A DNA stretch of 64,000 nucleotides from assembly GCA_039545335.1 (NCBI GenBank), contig BCIN01000003.1:868001-932000 (forward strand), read 5' to 3'. Positions 36,900 to 51,084 of the stretch are shown here, one piece after another. The notes below the pieces were generated by a model, which was given only the letters and a program-made list of their open reading frames with translations, was not told the DNA's origin and did not search any database. This DNA comes from Kondoa subrosea. Lineage: Eukaryota. Numbering within the stretch: the stretch's first letter is position 1; each line of letters starts with the position of its first letter. The translations under genes and the position numbers were made by a program.

Positions 36900-38834
36900 T
36901 CAAGCATCTTCTTGGCGATCTTCTTTGCATCGCTCATCGATCTCGACTTCTTCAGGACCTTCAAAGGTGAACTCATTCTGTTGAACAATTTGTTCCATTT
37001 CTGTAACAGAAGGAGTCCAGCCATAGCAAGGATGCAGAGCTTCGAAAGCTTGAGTATGAGCAGGTGAATTGAAGTTCTGTTCGCGTAAGCGAGCCAAAAA
37101 GTTGCGATGAGCTGAAGTCCATTCAGTCAATCCACTGCCACTGCCTTTGTTTGCGTAGTAGGCTCTTGCACTGAAGAAAGCTTCTTGCAATGTTTTGTAT
37201 CCAGCATAGAGATTGGTGTTGGGATCAACTGTGTAGCATTTTAAGATTGCTCTCTGAAGTCCTGGGCCAGCTTGAATAGTTTTGATTCGCAGGTTGAGAT
37301 CAGCAATAATGACATTCTGAGCAGCTTCAGTAAGGTAGCTGAGGCTATCCATGTGCTCCTTGATTGCCTTGGGAAACTTGTCCGGGTGAGTAGCCTGCTT
37401 GACTCTGAGAAATTGCTTGTTGATGCTCTTGACTGCTGCTTCCAGTTCAGTTGCATTGGTCAAAGAGGGTTTAAGAAGAGCTTCAGCTTTGTCGCCGAAA
37501 AAGTGATTGACCACATCAACAGGCATAATCTAGAATCGAGCTCATCAATAAGAAGTCTCAAAACAAAGGGAAGTAATTTGACTCACAGCAGGTTTGTAGA
37601 TGGAAGTGAACATGCCGATAGCTTTCAAGTAGGCTTCGTTATCCTTTTCCAAACTCTTGATATCCTCCTTCAAATCGACCATTTCCTTATCCTTAGCGCT
37701 TGCAGCTACCTTTTGCGCCTTGTTTGCTTCTTCAGCTTTAACTAATTGCTGTTGAAGTTGCGCAATGAATTTCTTTGCCTCAACACTGGCTTTGGCTTGA
37801 GCGGATTGAGAAGAAGCGAGTGAGGCTTTGAGTTGAGTAATTTCAGCGTCTTTGCTTGAAAGAAGAGCTTCTTGTTCATTAATCTTCGTTCCGTTGGAGG
37901 CTAGAATGGATTGCTGAGAAGAGATGGTAGCTTGGTGTTTTTCGATTTCTGTGGAGTTAGTAGCTGATTCAATAGTGAGATTCGCAATTTGTGATTGAGC
38001 AGTTTCCGACTGAGCGACCAATTCGTTAACGCGAAGCTGCTTTACTTCGATCTCAGCTTGAGCAGTAAAGAGCTTTTGTGAAATATTGTGCTTGACTTTG
38101 CGGTATAGAGTGAAATCTCTGACAGTTTGTTGAAGTTCTGCTTTGTCGACCTTTTGAGCAGCAACGAAAGCAGCCAATTCCAATTGCTGTTCGAGATGAA
38201 TCACTTGAGACTTCAGTTCTTTGATCTCTTCCAAAGGAGGAAGACTGATTGGATTAAAGAAGACGTCCTTATCACCTTCTGGTTCATCCAAATCCATAGG
38301 GTCCGAAGATGATGCATCGTCTTCGCTTGAATCAGACTTTGATGGAGAAGAAGGAGAGGCAGGTGAAGAGCTTTCATCGATGGAAGGAGTGGGTGAAGCT
38401 TCCGCGATGATTTCTTGCTTGACCAATTCCTCTTCTATGGTGACTTCCTCTTCCTCTTCAATGGCTTCTGATTCGAACATGGCTTCAGATTTCTCATAGG
38501 CGACAAGGAAATTCTACATGAGTTCGCATCAGTACTGCATTCCTCAATTAATAAGGAATGTGGAACTTACAACGAAGTCGTAAACCGGTTGAACGTATTC
38601 GTTCTGGAAATCCATAGCATTCCATTCCTCGAGCCCAGCCAACACCGCATTGTACACAATCAAGCCACCAAATATGCTCATGACCAACAAGTAGACCAAA
38701 CCAGCGTTGTCCATTTTGGCTGGTTCAACGACTGTAGGAGCAACGTAGGCGAAATCGCGGATGCAGTTGTAGCGGAACGGATGGACTTGTAGATTACAGA
38801 TCTGAGCCAAAGGTGATGGCATGAGTGATTCCAT
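36900..38834 (-). CDS. Hypothetical protein: N-terminal TM helix, acidic linker, long coiled coil, J-domain-like HPDK segment
   Basis: ORFs 38544-38834, 37545-38480 and 36900-37526 joinable by short introns. LVYLLVMSIFGGLIVY TM segment; FLRVKQATHPDKFP. Confidence 0.6.
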
Positions 38835-39367
38835 TCTGCTCTCTTTGTGCTTGACTTGACGATAATTTGCTGAAGTGAGTCGATGATGGTACGGGAAAAA
38901 GAGAGAAGGGAAGGACGAGAAAGAGAGTAGCCCGCTTGATATCGCGACTGGCTGTAAATGAATTACTCAAAGTGGAAAGTGCAAAGACTAAGTCGGAGGC
39001 GACAGTTGGTGCCTGACTGAACAGCGCATTGTAGTGTGAGAAGAACGTCTCAAGAAATCAAAAGACAGCACAGGCAGGCTGTAGAGGCCAGCTATGGACG
39101 CGAAAGTAGGCGATTCGTAAAATTGAGAGAAATGTCATTCAGCTTGCAATGTCTGGACACGAGCATGGTATACGCGACAGAACAGTAGCCCTGGGTCATA
39201 TTCCAAGCGTGGGACATCATACGGAGTCTTTAGATTATGCTTGGCCGACTCGAGATGACCTGTGTTTCGATCCGATGTACTGTCAGCAGAGTAGCATTGC
39301 AGCTAGCATTGCAAAGGACTGCACAAAGACTTCGTTCAATTCGCAATACATATAAGTTTTAAACTGC

Positions 39368-42248
39368 TCAAGTACGCAATGCTCGACCCATGCTAGACGA
39401 CTGGAAATTGCTTCCTCTACCTCGACCTCTTCCGCCCGTGCCGCGCGTTCTCCTTTCTCCTCCACGGCGCTGACCGTCTTGCTGTTGTTCTCGGCGATCG
39501 CCTCTCTGTTCTCTGCTTTGATCCGCATCGCCCATTTTAGCATTAGCGGTTCTTTCGTTTTCGTTGAGCATTTGACCAATCTTGTCTGCAAGAGCGATAG
39601 CCATTTGCTGCAGCGGGCTTCGAGTCTCGCGATGTAGGACGAGCATTTCTGACTTTGAATCGAGAGAAGCGGAAAGTTGTTCATTCCAAATCATGGACGA
39701 GACGAGTGCTGCTACATTTGATTGAGGTAGATCGAAGGTGTCTGCAAGATAAGAAAGAGAGATTGTAGTGTAGAAAGCAGTGTGAGAGTAAAGGTATGTT
39801 TTGAGTGCCTCTTCTTGTATTTTCCTGTGGACGCACAGTCTACAATCAGTCGATATTTGACAAGACGAAGATATCACTCACTGTCCTAGCATCTTCTTGA
39901 CTTCCTTTTCACCTGGCATCAATGACCAAATCTTGATGCTCTCGATCAATTCGATACTCTTCCTCCATTCTCCCGCTTGCAAAGCTTTCGCGGCCTGAAC
40001 AACATGTTCTCTCTTGTTCTCAGGTGGTCCGGCAAAGATCTGCTTATCGAAGGAATCCAATTGTCTTCTGAACATCCTTGACTTGACATCTCTCTTTCGT
40101 TCAGGATCATATGTTTCGAGAGCGATCTGCGGTACTTCGATCAACATCGAGCTGACTAGGTAAGCGCATTCAAGGAGTTCCAAGTTTATATGTTGGTGGA
40201 AAGGTAATTGTCTAGCTTTCTCCAGCTTCTCTTGTTCTGGCGTCAAAGCATAATCCGGTCCACGTCGTTGAACACCTTGAGCTAAACGTTCTCGGACTAG
40301 AGTAGGGTTGGAGTAAAGATCGCGTAATAGACTTTCGGTTTCTTCAATCAGACCAGCTCGGAAAGCAGATAGACCAAGTTGAGCGATAACTCGGTTGTAG
40401 AGAATTTGAGTTTCAACATCCATGCCAACAACTGAGTGATGTACATGCGACATAAGAAGCATATCTCTTGCTCGGAAGAATTGGTTGTCGAGAGCGTAGT
40501 GGAAGATATGGCAGAGCATGGCGCGAGCGCGAAGACGTGGATCGCATTCCGGTTTGTATAGATGAGTGCAGAGAGCGCGAACAAGATTGCCATTTGTTGG
40601 TTCCTTTGGTGCAGGCGAAGACCACACATTGGAAGCAAGGTTCGGTAAAGCTTCTTCCAGCGCAGCAATAACTGCATCGGGCTGTACGAGACCAGTGCTA
40701 AAAATCAGGAGCCATCCTGATACAGTACACGACCACGTACCTTATTGTAGACATGTTCCAACCGCCTCAAGGTAACTCTGTTGACGCTATCGCCCAGATT
40801 TATTCTTTCCAGGTAAGCGCCAGCTCTTGCCAAGCTTTGATAGACTTTCTTCTCATCCTTGAGTCTTTCCACATACTCGACAGCATGCGGATCGATATCT
40901 TTCAAACTTCTCGTAAACTCATCATCCAAGCGTTCGACCAAACTGAGGATGCTTCCTCGAACTTGTAAAGTAGATTGACCATCTTGCGGTACTCTTTCTT
41001 CAGTTTCATCGTAATCTTCCGTTTGTTCTCTGACAATGTAAGCAGGTTCGGCATCGAGAAGATCAAGAAGTTCGTCCAAGCGAGTTCGAGCTGCAGCCCA
41101 TTGATCAAGAGGTAAGAAATTGTGAGTGCTGGTGTTGTGGTCAAAAAGACTGCTGATGAGAGCTAAGAGAACTCTGATTCTAGCATACGGTGTGCTAGCG
41201 ATCGCGAGCACTTTTTCGAGAATCTTGACTTGCTCAGCACGATCGGTTGCTTTCTTTCCTCGAGCCTCAAGAACAGATTGAAGAGTTTTGAGCACATTAT
41301 CGGCGTTGAGAGTGATGGCTTTCCCTCCTTTACCGACTGTGGTGAATTCGTCGACCTCATCAGGTTGTTCAGAGATGAGAACGGAAACTGGTTTCTTCTT
41401 CTTTTCTTTTGGTGCTTTCGCTGCAGGTGCCGATGCGCCTTCTTCGTCTCTCTCGTAAGCTTCCGGGTCCTGTCAACAGAAACTGGCTTAAGCTCTTTAC
41501 AGCGAGCGGAATCAGAGATCCGCTGACCTCTTTGTATTTCGTGATCAATGGCTCATGCTCCTTTTGCGCCTTCTTGATTTTTTGCTTCATACCATTAAGT
41601 GCTCTGTTATGATTTGCATTGAGCTTTTTGGCCTTTTTGCTGGTTTCGGCGATTGAAGTTTCGAGGTTGGAGATAGTCTTGATGTAGATAGAGGGAATGA
41701 CGACGATAGCGAGCACATTACCAGGACTGGATGCTACTAAACGAGTAATCTTGTCGAATTCTGTCAGTGACAAACTTGATATCAGCTATCTGTACAGCTT
41801 AATCCGAGCAGCGCCGGTGACCTGTGTTGGCTGTGACCCAATCGTCAATTTTTGCAGCGTTCTCAACCCTCTTGACACCAGCTTCCAGTTCTTCCGCTCT
41901 TTTGCTTTTCGCACTCTTGACTACTCTTTTCCCATCATCTTCATCGTCGCTATCCGTCTCGGATGCAGCTCCTTTAGCGAATCTAGATACTTTAGGTCCA
42001 GCCGCAGTTTTTCCTCCTTCGCCAGCATCCGAATCATCTTCATCCTCATCTTCATCAGAATCCGAATCTGAATCTTCGCCTGAAGATTTAGCGAATCTAG
42101 ATTTCTTTGGTGCTCCTGAAGCAGCAGCAGGTGCTTTTGCAATCTTGTTTTCTAATCCTGAATCATCACCGGAATCGGAAAGCAACTCTTCTTCAGAAGA
42201 GGAATCGCTGTCTGACGTTTCTGAACCAGCCTTGCGAAAGAAAGACAT
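39368..42248 (-). CDS. NIP1: Translation initiation factor eIF3 subunit c
   Basis: MSFF..SDSDS acidic N-terminus, VVKSAK, LDDEFTRSL..DPH, RARAMLCHIFH, LPFHQHINLELLE, GPPEN, and a PCI domain. Confidence 0.97.
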
Positions 42249-42671
42249 GGTGCGTGATTATATAAGCGTAGTACTGTTAAATGTAAAGCAAAAGAGAATG
42301 AGCATTGATTACTCTGCACAGCACAATGTGTTTTCGCATGATGGACATAATGCAGCTCGAAAGCAGACTTTCGAGGCAGCTGCCTTCACTTGAGAGGCGC
42401 AGTAACATAGCTGCCACATATTGCGCGAACTGGTGACAGCCCCTCGTGAGGTTGCATCCAGCTATTGAACTTTTGCAACACAAAAGATTGGCAAGCGAGA
42501 ATTCGACCACATATTGGGGTATCACAGCAGCCTCAGATCAGATCAGCATAAGCAACTCACGTATCACCCGCTTCTGAAAGGTATAGCACAAGCAGTCGAG
42601 GTTTGCAGTCAAAGGGTGTGTGTTCTAATTTTCGGAAGTCTCGTTTAAAGCGAACCGACGACTTGAACAAG

Positions 42672-43649
42672 ATGCAAGCTCGATTCGCATCTGTAGCTAG
42701 ACAAGCTGTTCGCACTTACGCTACTCCGGCTGCCAAAACAATCCAGGTTTGTGCTTTCGCCCATGTGTGAAGTAGTTCCATATTGATCTGTTGTTGTAGC
42801 CGCCTATTCAATCTCATTCTTGTGCGTGCCTGCCTAGCGGCCTTCCATACAGTTAACGAACGATTGGAACATTGCAGTGGCAGGCAAATGTGAGTTGCAT
42901 ATAGCGCGGGACTACCGAACAGAGCAATTGACCTCCAATTTCAAACTCACAGACGCTGGAGCTGCTTACTCTGCTGCACTTTCAAAATCAGAAGCCTCAC
43001 TAAAAGCAGTCGAGACCGATTTATCAGCAATCTCTGGCGTAATCTCTTCAAACAAACAGATTGCCGAATTCGTAGCCAACCCTACTTTATCCGCTTCTGA
43101 CAAAGAAGCTGGTTTAGCTGCTCTTTTGAAAGCCGCTGGAAAATATAATGAAGTGACTAAGAATCTTTTCGACGTCTTGCAAGAGAATGGAAGATTGCAT
43201 GATGCTGCTAAAGTTATTGAAGAGTTTCAAGCAATCATGAGCGCTCACAGGGGTGAAGTTAACATTACCGTCACCTGTCAGTATTCCTTTACTGAAGATT
43301 GAAGACTGTCTGACAAGGAGGAATAGCCGCTACACCTTTGGATTCAAGCTTGCAGTCTCGTCTAGAGAAATCTCTCAAAGACTCAGCAGCAGCTAAAGCA
43401 GGCAAATCAGTCAAGATCAACAATGTCGTCAACCCTAACGTTCTTGGTGGTCTGATTGTCGATTTCGGGGACAAGAGCATTGACTTGAGCGGTCAGTTCG
43501 AAAACAACTCTTCTGTCCTTGGAGGCTCATCGATGATTCCCTGCAGTTCAATCGAGGGTACAGAAGATGAATGCTTTGTTGTCGGGTGAGTCTTGTTGTC
43601 CGAGGCTAGATTTTTGATGCTAAGTCTGTTTTACGCAGAATCGGTTTAG
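42672..43649 (+). CDS. ATP5: Mitochondrial ATP synthase OSCP (delta) subunit
   Basis: PPIQSHS..GKYAGAAYSAA, LFDVLQENGRL, AHRGEV, VNPNVLGGLIVDFGDKSIDLS. Confidence 0.95.
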
Positions 43650-43738
43650 GGTGATGTTCAATGCATATAAAAGCGCTTTCATTCGTCTATACTATCACAT
43701 CAGCGAGTTGCTATCCTTCTCTGCCTTCTTAGCGATTT

Positions 43739-44504
43739 TCAGGTTCCAGCTATGTCTTGTCTGCTTTTTGCGTCAGAGGGGATTGATGCTCATGTCTAAC
43801 TCTACGAATTCTGTATACATGCTCTTGGCTAGTACTTGCGATGAACAGGAAGCGGTGCAGCAGCTGCCTTTCTCGCCTGTATTCTCGCCTCTTAGCTCTG
43901 ACCGAGCTGCTCGTAGCACAAACAGACGAAATTACACATCGATTCTCGCCATTCAGCCAAGTACAGCGCCTTCACCTGATCCTTCGCGTCCGTCTGTTCC
44001 TTGAAACTCGCTTCGTAGCGCAACTTTGTCAATGTCATTTGAAACCCAAACAGCAGGTGAAGACACAGCTCACAAAGTTTGCCAACATGCGTATGAAGAG
44101 AAATTCAGCGGCGGCCCGTCGGTATTCTTCAGTCCTTGGTCGCACTGTAGAAAAGATCCGACGCTTCTTGGCTGGAGTGACGGGCTCTTGTGAAATGTCA
44201 AGACTTTCATTCGGATTGTCTGCTTCCCAGGTTGTGAGGTTCTCAAGGAAAACTCTCTCTTGATCGTGACCGTGAACCTTGGCTGTTGCTTCCTTAATCT
44301 TACGAAGGTGCTCCTCCTTCTTGTACTTGTCAGTGAGCCGATCAGCCTTTAGTAACAAAGGTCAGAAAGATTAGAACATAGAGACCAACAAGAAAAATGG
44401 TGTCTAACCTTCTTGAGCATATCGTACTGCTGTATGAGACGGTCTAAATGAAGGAAGTTGCGCACGAACGTCTTTATAACAGTCAGAGGATCGCTGCTCG
44501 TCAT
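43739..44504 (-). CDS. Hypothetical protein
   Basis: MTSSDPLTVIKTF... joined to ORF 44035-44358 by GT..AG introns. No family recognised; 3' end uncertain. Confidence 0.4.
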
Positions 44505-44831
44505 GCTGATGATTGACGATAAGGAGGACAGTAGTAGACAAGACAACCAGAAACAGAAGTGGTCTGATCAAGGCTGAAAATAAATAGAAGTTGAGCAAAG
44601 AGAGCAAAGAGAGAAGAGGCCAAGCAGAGCGAGCAAAAGTCATCAAAGGGAATTTAGAAGTCTGGCTCCAGAGTAAATATTGAATCGGTCTACTACTGCT
44701 CAACGAGATTAGATCACTAATCTACTGCCGAAAGAGAGGTGAATAGCACTTACCCTCAGACCTCATTACCCTGTTGTACAGCTTGGCTTAATATTCATTC
44801 GCCCAAAGCCCATTTAGCTACCCATGAACAA

Positions 44832-47185
44832 TTACTTGATCAACCAAAGTGATATAGCCGTGAGCGCTCTGTACTCGAATGTCAACTAATGACCCAAGAA
44901 TGTAATATCTTGGGCTAACGATGATTGCAAAAACAAGCATGCATCTATTGATGGACATGAGTCGTATGCAATGCTGACAGAAAGGAAAACTAACATTGTG
45001 CGACCAAGAACAAGGCCAGCGTATCGAGATTCTGACCTTCTTTCAAGAAAATTGACGTCGCGACCATCTATGATTCGATGTTTGAGCAAATTGTACCCAA
45101 AAACGAGGATGATCATACCTGATTGACTGCTGAAGCCGATCCGGACGAGATCAGTGCCACAAAAGAGAGCACTGTTACAATCTTTAGCAATCATTACAGA
45201 GGACAGAAAAGAGATGAACCCACTCTTTTCTTGACGGGGAAACAGGTCAGTGGTATCCCTCAGTCCAACAATGACCAGAATGCCGATAATCGGCAAAAGC
45301 ACGAGTTTGGCGAAAGTGCAAGCCTGAACAGATTATCAGCTGTTAGAAATGACGAAAAACAGCCAAAGGTACACATATCGCCGCTATCGGCATTCTCTTG
45401 ACTCGTTCCTTGCTGAACTTCAAACGCGCGAACGAAACTCCTAGCAGAATCAAACTCGTCCTGTTCGAAGCAATGAGAGCATTTGCGGGCGTAAGATGCT
45501 TAACATACGGAATAGATATGGCTCCAACAAAGCTTGTAAACTAACATCGAAAGGTAAGCTCAATCTGACTACACTAGAAAGGGAATAATCACATCATATA
45601 TGAAATTCAACGGGGGTTCACCATCTGGTGCATTCGAAATCTTATTCCCGCTCCATCCATCAGTAGGGTAGATGAGTGCTTTGAGAGGAGAAATAATGCT
45701 GAATGGTATTGATATAAGCACACTCAAAGTGATGGGTGAAAGCATTGCTCGAGTGGATGTCAAGAGTGCTGAACCGACTCTTCGAGCTGTAGAAGATGAA
45801 GATGTAGGTTGTGAGAGAACAGGGTTAGGTCTAGTTGTGCTGAGAGGTAAATCAGCCGAAAGTGGCACCTCGAAGCCAGTAGGTTCGCTGGCATCGTGCT
45901 TAGGCTCAGGAGCATCAGGAAGTTCCAGTGTGTCGTTTGGCGATATATCTTCAATATTTGATCAACGACAATCATCACTCGAAGAGATAGTTGACTGACC
46001 TGAAACAGAAGCTCTTTTGCCTGTCATTTTGAGGGTGAGATACCTGAGTTGGCTTTTCCGCCTCGCAAGACGGCCAGCGAAAGTCAAAGGAATGTCTTGA
46101 GTGTTCTCTTGTAGATCCCATCCAAGTACCTATCTCTATGGATTAGGAGATTCTAGAAGGGCTCAGCCTGTCAAACCAACATTGTACAGCCCGGTTCCGT
46201 AAAGAGTAGTCCTATTCAGCAAATGATCAGCCAAAAAGCAAAAGATAGCAGAAGAATCCGACTTGCTGCATGATGAATATGAAGATCGAGATGTCTAGGC
46301 AAAAATGTGAGGCAAATCGTAGCGAGTACTCGTATCACCTACAGGCAACACCCAGATCAACATCTGTTGTTCCACTGAAAGGTTCTTGCTTCGCAACTGA
46401 TTGAACAATAGCGGTGGGCTGAGAGCAAATTAGTTAAAGTCTCGCGTTGATGGTTATAGCTCACTAGATTCCCCTGTCATAACGCAAAGCACTGTGAGCA
46501 GAACACTATGCTCATAGCGGAGCAGCTCACCCAATTGAAAAGAGTGCACTGCAAATCAGCACAGCGTAAGTGGGCAGAAGAAAGAACTTATCCCATAAGA
46601 ACGAGCTGTGACAGTCAAGAAGCGTGGACATGAGCGAACGGAGTTGCTACTGAAGAGAATCTTGACATACGATCCCCTACAGCACCATATGAGTTCCCGT
46701 AGTATAGTTATGACACAAGACTTACCCATTGAAAGTCTTTCGGTACATAGAAGATCTCCCTGAAGATTGCCAATCAGCTCGAACATGAGCAAGATAAGGT
46801 CTCGCCTAACCGAATAATGAATCCCAAAAGAAATCCAGCTATCTGAAGCAGTATAGCCATCATTGCTGAAAGACCATAAGAAAAGCCTGATAAGAGCAAC
46901 GCTTGAGCGGACTTACCTAATGGTCCAAAATTGCTAATATTGTCCGAATTGAAACTTGAAATCATAGAAGAAAACAGTAGACATGGTAGACCGATAGTCA
47001 TACAAACTACTGCAGTAGCTTTAGATGCTGCTGGAGGGAATTTCCCTTGTTTCGTAATGATGTACCCGCATGAGATAGTCAGAAGAACTTTGAGTGTAGG
47101 CTTGAAACCTTGATAGATATATTGTCCTACTATCCTGTGAGCTGTTGCACATAATGCAGCACTTCCTTGCCTTACCTGCAGACAT
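44832..47185 (-). CDS. Auxin-efflux-carrier (AEC / Mem_trans) family membrane transporter
   Basis: IGLPCLLFSSMI, NWGNLPTAIVQ, PLKAL..APDG.PPL.FI.D, LLPIIG, SAVNQ; ends ALTAISLWLIK*. Many micro-exons. Confidence 0.85.
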
Positions 47186-47483
47186 TATTGGCCAACCCCT
47201 CAGATGCCAAGATTCGAGTCAGACTGATTTTTGAGATCCCGTTTGATCAAGTGAAGACCCAGCTACAGGCTACGAGATGACTTTCTTTTCGATCTGCGAG
47301 GGTATTGCTGGCAAACAAGAGCTGCACCGCCTTTCCGAGTCGGAAATTCACTTTTTCGGCAGCCTGCTCTTCTCCAGTTTCTACGATCATTGACTCGAAG
47401 TGCCGAAAGCGAGGCGTGCGCGCTATACTATACACTTGATCGGAATCCAGAAGCTGGGACCAATTGGTGAAGGAAAACACGCA

Positions 47484-48367
47484 ATGATGCTGTCCAATTC
47501 CATGTCTAAGAATTATGCGGATCACGGAGTACAAGGCTACTATGAGCAAGTGAACGCGACCTGTGAGTCTGTTATTGATTGTCGATGACCCCTAAGTTCA
47601 CGATCCATCCACGCAGATAGAAACCCTCATGATGCTCAAGTGAAGAAGGCTCGTCTTTATCATCTAAAGACGCCTGGAAGCACCTGCTGAAGATGCAGCA
47701 TCAGGTTATTGCCACTTTCATGGATGGTTTCTATCTCTCTCGTTTAGCAGAGCTGCCAACAGAAGCCCAACTCTACATACATGATTTAGCTTGTGGTTCT
47801 GGAGAAGTGACTGTAGCTTTGCAAGATTGGGTCCAATCTCGTTGGTCCACCTTACCTCTACCCAGTAATCGACCTCTTATCAAAACTTCACCTGTATCTG
47901 CTTTACCTCAACCGAAACTGAACATCAGTGCTTCTGATCCTTATACTGGTGCAGCTTATCTCGTTCGAACGGGCAATGAATGTCTACCTTTATCATTCGA
48001 AGATATAGCAGAAGGCAGCTTACCTGATTCAGAACCTGAAATAATGGACCTTGTCATATGTTCTTTCGCTTTACATCTACTTGATCAAAGCAAGATGTTT
48101 GCTTTACTGGGCGAATTGAGTAGGCGAGCTAAATATCTTGTGATTGTCGCACCGCACAAAAATCCTCATGTCCGTCCTGCTTTCTTCGAACATGACTCGG
48201 AAAATCCTCATCGCAATCAAAATTAGATCAAAGATGGCTATGGTTGGGAAAGAATAGATGCAACGATGGATGAAAGGATCAGATCGATGCGGTATGATAA
48301 AGGAGATGGATTAGAAATAGTCATCGATTCTGTTAGGTTGAGAGTATGGAAAAGTACTTCACTATGA
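47484..48367 (+). CDS. Class I SAM-dependent methyltransferase-like conserved fungal protein
   Basis: YADHGVQGYY..YRNPH, DLACGSGEVT, SDPYT..AY..RTG, VICSFALHL, VAPHKNP. Start codon uncertain. Confidence 0.75.
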
Positions 48368-48471
48368 CGGGCAAGTGTATTACAATGCAAAAATGAAGTG
48401 TACAATGCCTTCTTGAACTGAAATGGACTGAAATGAACTGAACTGAAGTAAACTAGTGAATGCATGGAGAG

Positions 48472-49810
48472 CTACTTCTTCTTTTCAGGTTGTGGTTGAG
48501 GACTAGGAGTTCGGCTGAAAAAGCTGGTCAAAGGTTTCATGCCTTGTTTGGAAACTTTCTTCAATGCTTCAACACCTTTGCTGTTTTTGGAAGCAGCTGA
48601 TTTCTTCTTGCCTCCACCAGGAACAGGTTTGCCTTTTGTTGATGAACCTTCCGGCGGAGGAGTAGGGAGACCAGAGATGTGATCGCTTGATAGAGATGAA
48701 GCAGTATTGATGCGATCGAGGTACGTTTGCAATATGGGGAAGCTGTAGAAAAGATCAGTTCATGCGGCGCGAACTGGGCACGAGACTAACCTGAAAGACT
48801 TCTTGAGTTCCTCTTCGATAACAGGCGGTAGATAATTGATGATGACTTCCATCGCTGCTTTTTGTCTTGCCTCTGTGACAATTCGATCAGCATCACACAG
48901 CCCACTTGACGATGAAGATTACCTTTCATCACATCAGCGCCAATGCCTTGAGCATCACCTAATCCTTCTCGAGCGAGCAATCGATTCAATGTAGGAAATT
49001 TGTCCGAACTGAAACACTCCTCCCTTGATAGACGTTCAATCTTGCTCTTCAACACATGCAGAAGTTTTGGCATTGATAATTTATAGGTATACAGATCCGA
49101 TGCGATCTCTGTCTCTATCTGATCAGCAATAGTCCAAATTTATCTCACGTCCAAAGCTCACCAGTCACATCACAAATCTTTTCCGCTACAGTTCTCAAAC
49201 AAGGCAATTCACCTAATCGAAACATATCCTGACCACTCCCTCTTTCCTCTGCCGTTTCTTCCTCATCTTCTTCAGTAGCTTTCTTTTTGCCTTTGCTTAA
49301 ATTGGCATCTGCAAATTGATAAGACGTAGAAGCGTCTTCGAAAATATCGCAAAAAGGTAATGAACGAGTTGGGTTCTTCATTTGGGTTACAAGAAGGATA
49401 GCAGCCAAGAGGAAGACAGGATCGAAAGGAGTCATTATGAACAGTCTTCCGTCTGATCATATCGATAGCCTTTCAGTGATGCAAAAGCAATGAAGGTAGA
49501 GTAACTTACCAGAAACGACTTGTTGATTAACGAACCAGCTTCGTTTCTGATCATCAGGTGGAGCGATAGCTTGTACTTCTAGCAGCCCATCTTGCTGTAC
49601 AAAGCTAGAGGTGCGTGAAGGAGCTGGTGTAGGTGGAAGAGTTACATCCGGTAAAGGTGGTTCGACAGGATTATAAGGTAAGAAAAGAGAAGCATAGCCA
49701 GTACCTATTCCGATTTTATTAGTACTGAAGACATAGCGAGCAGAAGACCGCACGAGGGTGAGGTAGACGAAGGAAAGATTGCTCAGTTGTGGAAGTCGCT
49801 ACTTCTGCAT
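48472..49810 (-). CDS. RNH202: Ribonuclease H2 subunit B
   Basis: LLEVQ...RSWFV..V.SDG.L..MTPFDPVFLL and a C-terminal PIP-box-like GVEALKKVSKQGMKPLTSFF. Confidence 0.85.
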
Positions 49811-51084
49811 TTCGCGTCAAATGATCGTTGGGGGACGTGTAAAATAGTTTGCACGACATACCTGAAGGAATGATAGCTAATCTGGTAGACATCTCTGAAT
49901 TTCAGAGATTGGCTCGACTTCCGATTATTAGATGTTTCTTATGCTTCAAGCTTTCCTTGATCCAGATAGCGGCCAGAATTCAGTGTGGACGAGTGTGACG
50001 AGAACAGACGGCCACAATAAGCCCAGGATAGGTCAGAAGGAGAGAAAAATTCTGATTCACTGTTGGCGAAGAACGTCGAAGAGGCCAAACAAAACACCAG
50101 ACGTATGGACTGCAAAGCTTGTGATACCTCTGCTATGATACTCTATGCTCCAATAAGCTTTAGTTGCTTCCGTATAAGTCCTATGGAGCGACTGAATGAA
50201 AACGAATAATATGAAACGCGAAGGCTTTGTGCAAGCGGTGGAAGCGACTGCTCGAGCCTAGAGAACAACAAGGATCTGGTCCGCTTGAGATAGGATCCTG
50301 AATATGGAGCTCTCTGATGCCAGGCCATGGCACTTTCGAAATCAACTACCGGCCGCAAGCACAGTATTCGAGTGTCGCAATCTCATTACCGATGCAATGA
50401 CACAGTCCAAAGAACCGTGTCAAGATACTTTTTTGCGATTGCTATGCCTCAGGCTCGTTCATTCTTTGTCTTCGTTGGGGACTTCGATCCGAAAGGATCC
50501 TGTTCGCAACTCTTCTCCAAGATTGCTCTTTGACAGAGCAAGTACGATGATTAAGCGTGGATGGTGTACCGAGGGCCTTGCGGTGACCTGATAGCCTGAT
50601 GAGTCTTCAGCTTGTATGTTATCATGGGGCGAGCGGATCAAAAGGCAGACCTCGGATTAGTTCTCGGATCAATTGGATAGCAGCGTGAATGCGATCAGAA
50701 GGAGATTGTAACGACTTCCAATGCTGGCATTAAGCTGCCGGCATCAGGGCAATTACTGAGAATAATGCGATTTGCGAAATGACAAATTTTGATAACGGCC
50801 ATATTCATCAACGTCGATCTTCCGTTAGAGCATACAGATATCTCGCAGCTTGTATATACCCTGTGCATTGGTCAACCATCGCATTTGACGTCTGCTGCTT
50901 CCGCCTAGCAGGAATTTCGGTCAAAAGATAAAAAGGCAGTGTCAACGCTATCACATCGCCGCAACGGTCTCTTCTTGCTCTTGGATCCAATCATCCAACG
51001 ATCAAGAATTGGCTGGCCCTTTTCTATTCCTTTCTGTCCTTTCTATTGTCGCTCGGTCGACCTCTTCGGTAAATCAGCGTCATA

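Noticed and set aside
41824..42393. Long antisense ORFs over low-complexity coding regions (also 7040-7471, 17676-18071, 37272-37745)
   Set aside because: Shadow ORFs of real genes with biased composition.
46545..46610. AEC gene junction lacking a clean GT donor (…ATGGGATAAGT…)
   Set aside because: It could be a 3-nt micro-exon, a non-canonical donor or a sequence error. I cannot resolve this by eye, so no claim is made.
49850..51050. 1.2-kb gap with several short ORFs between RNH202 and the FLC gene
   Set aside because: No recognisable motifs, coherent exon chain or RNA structure; treated as divergent promoter/UTR.
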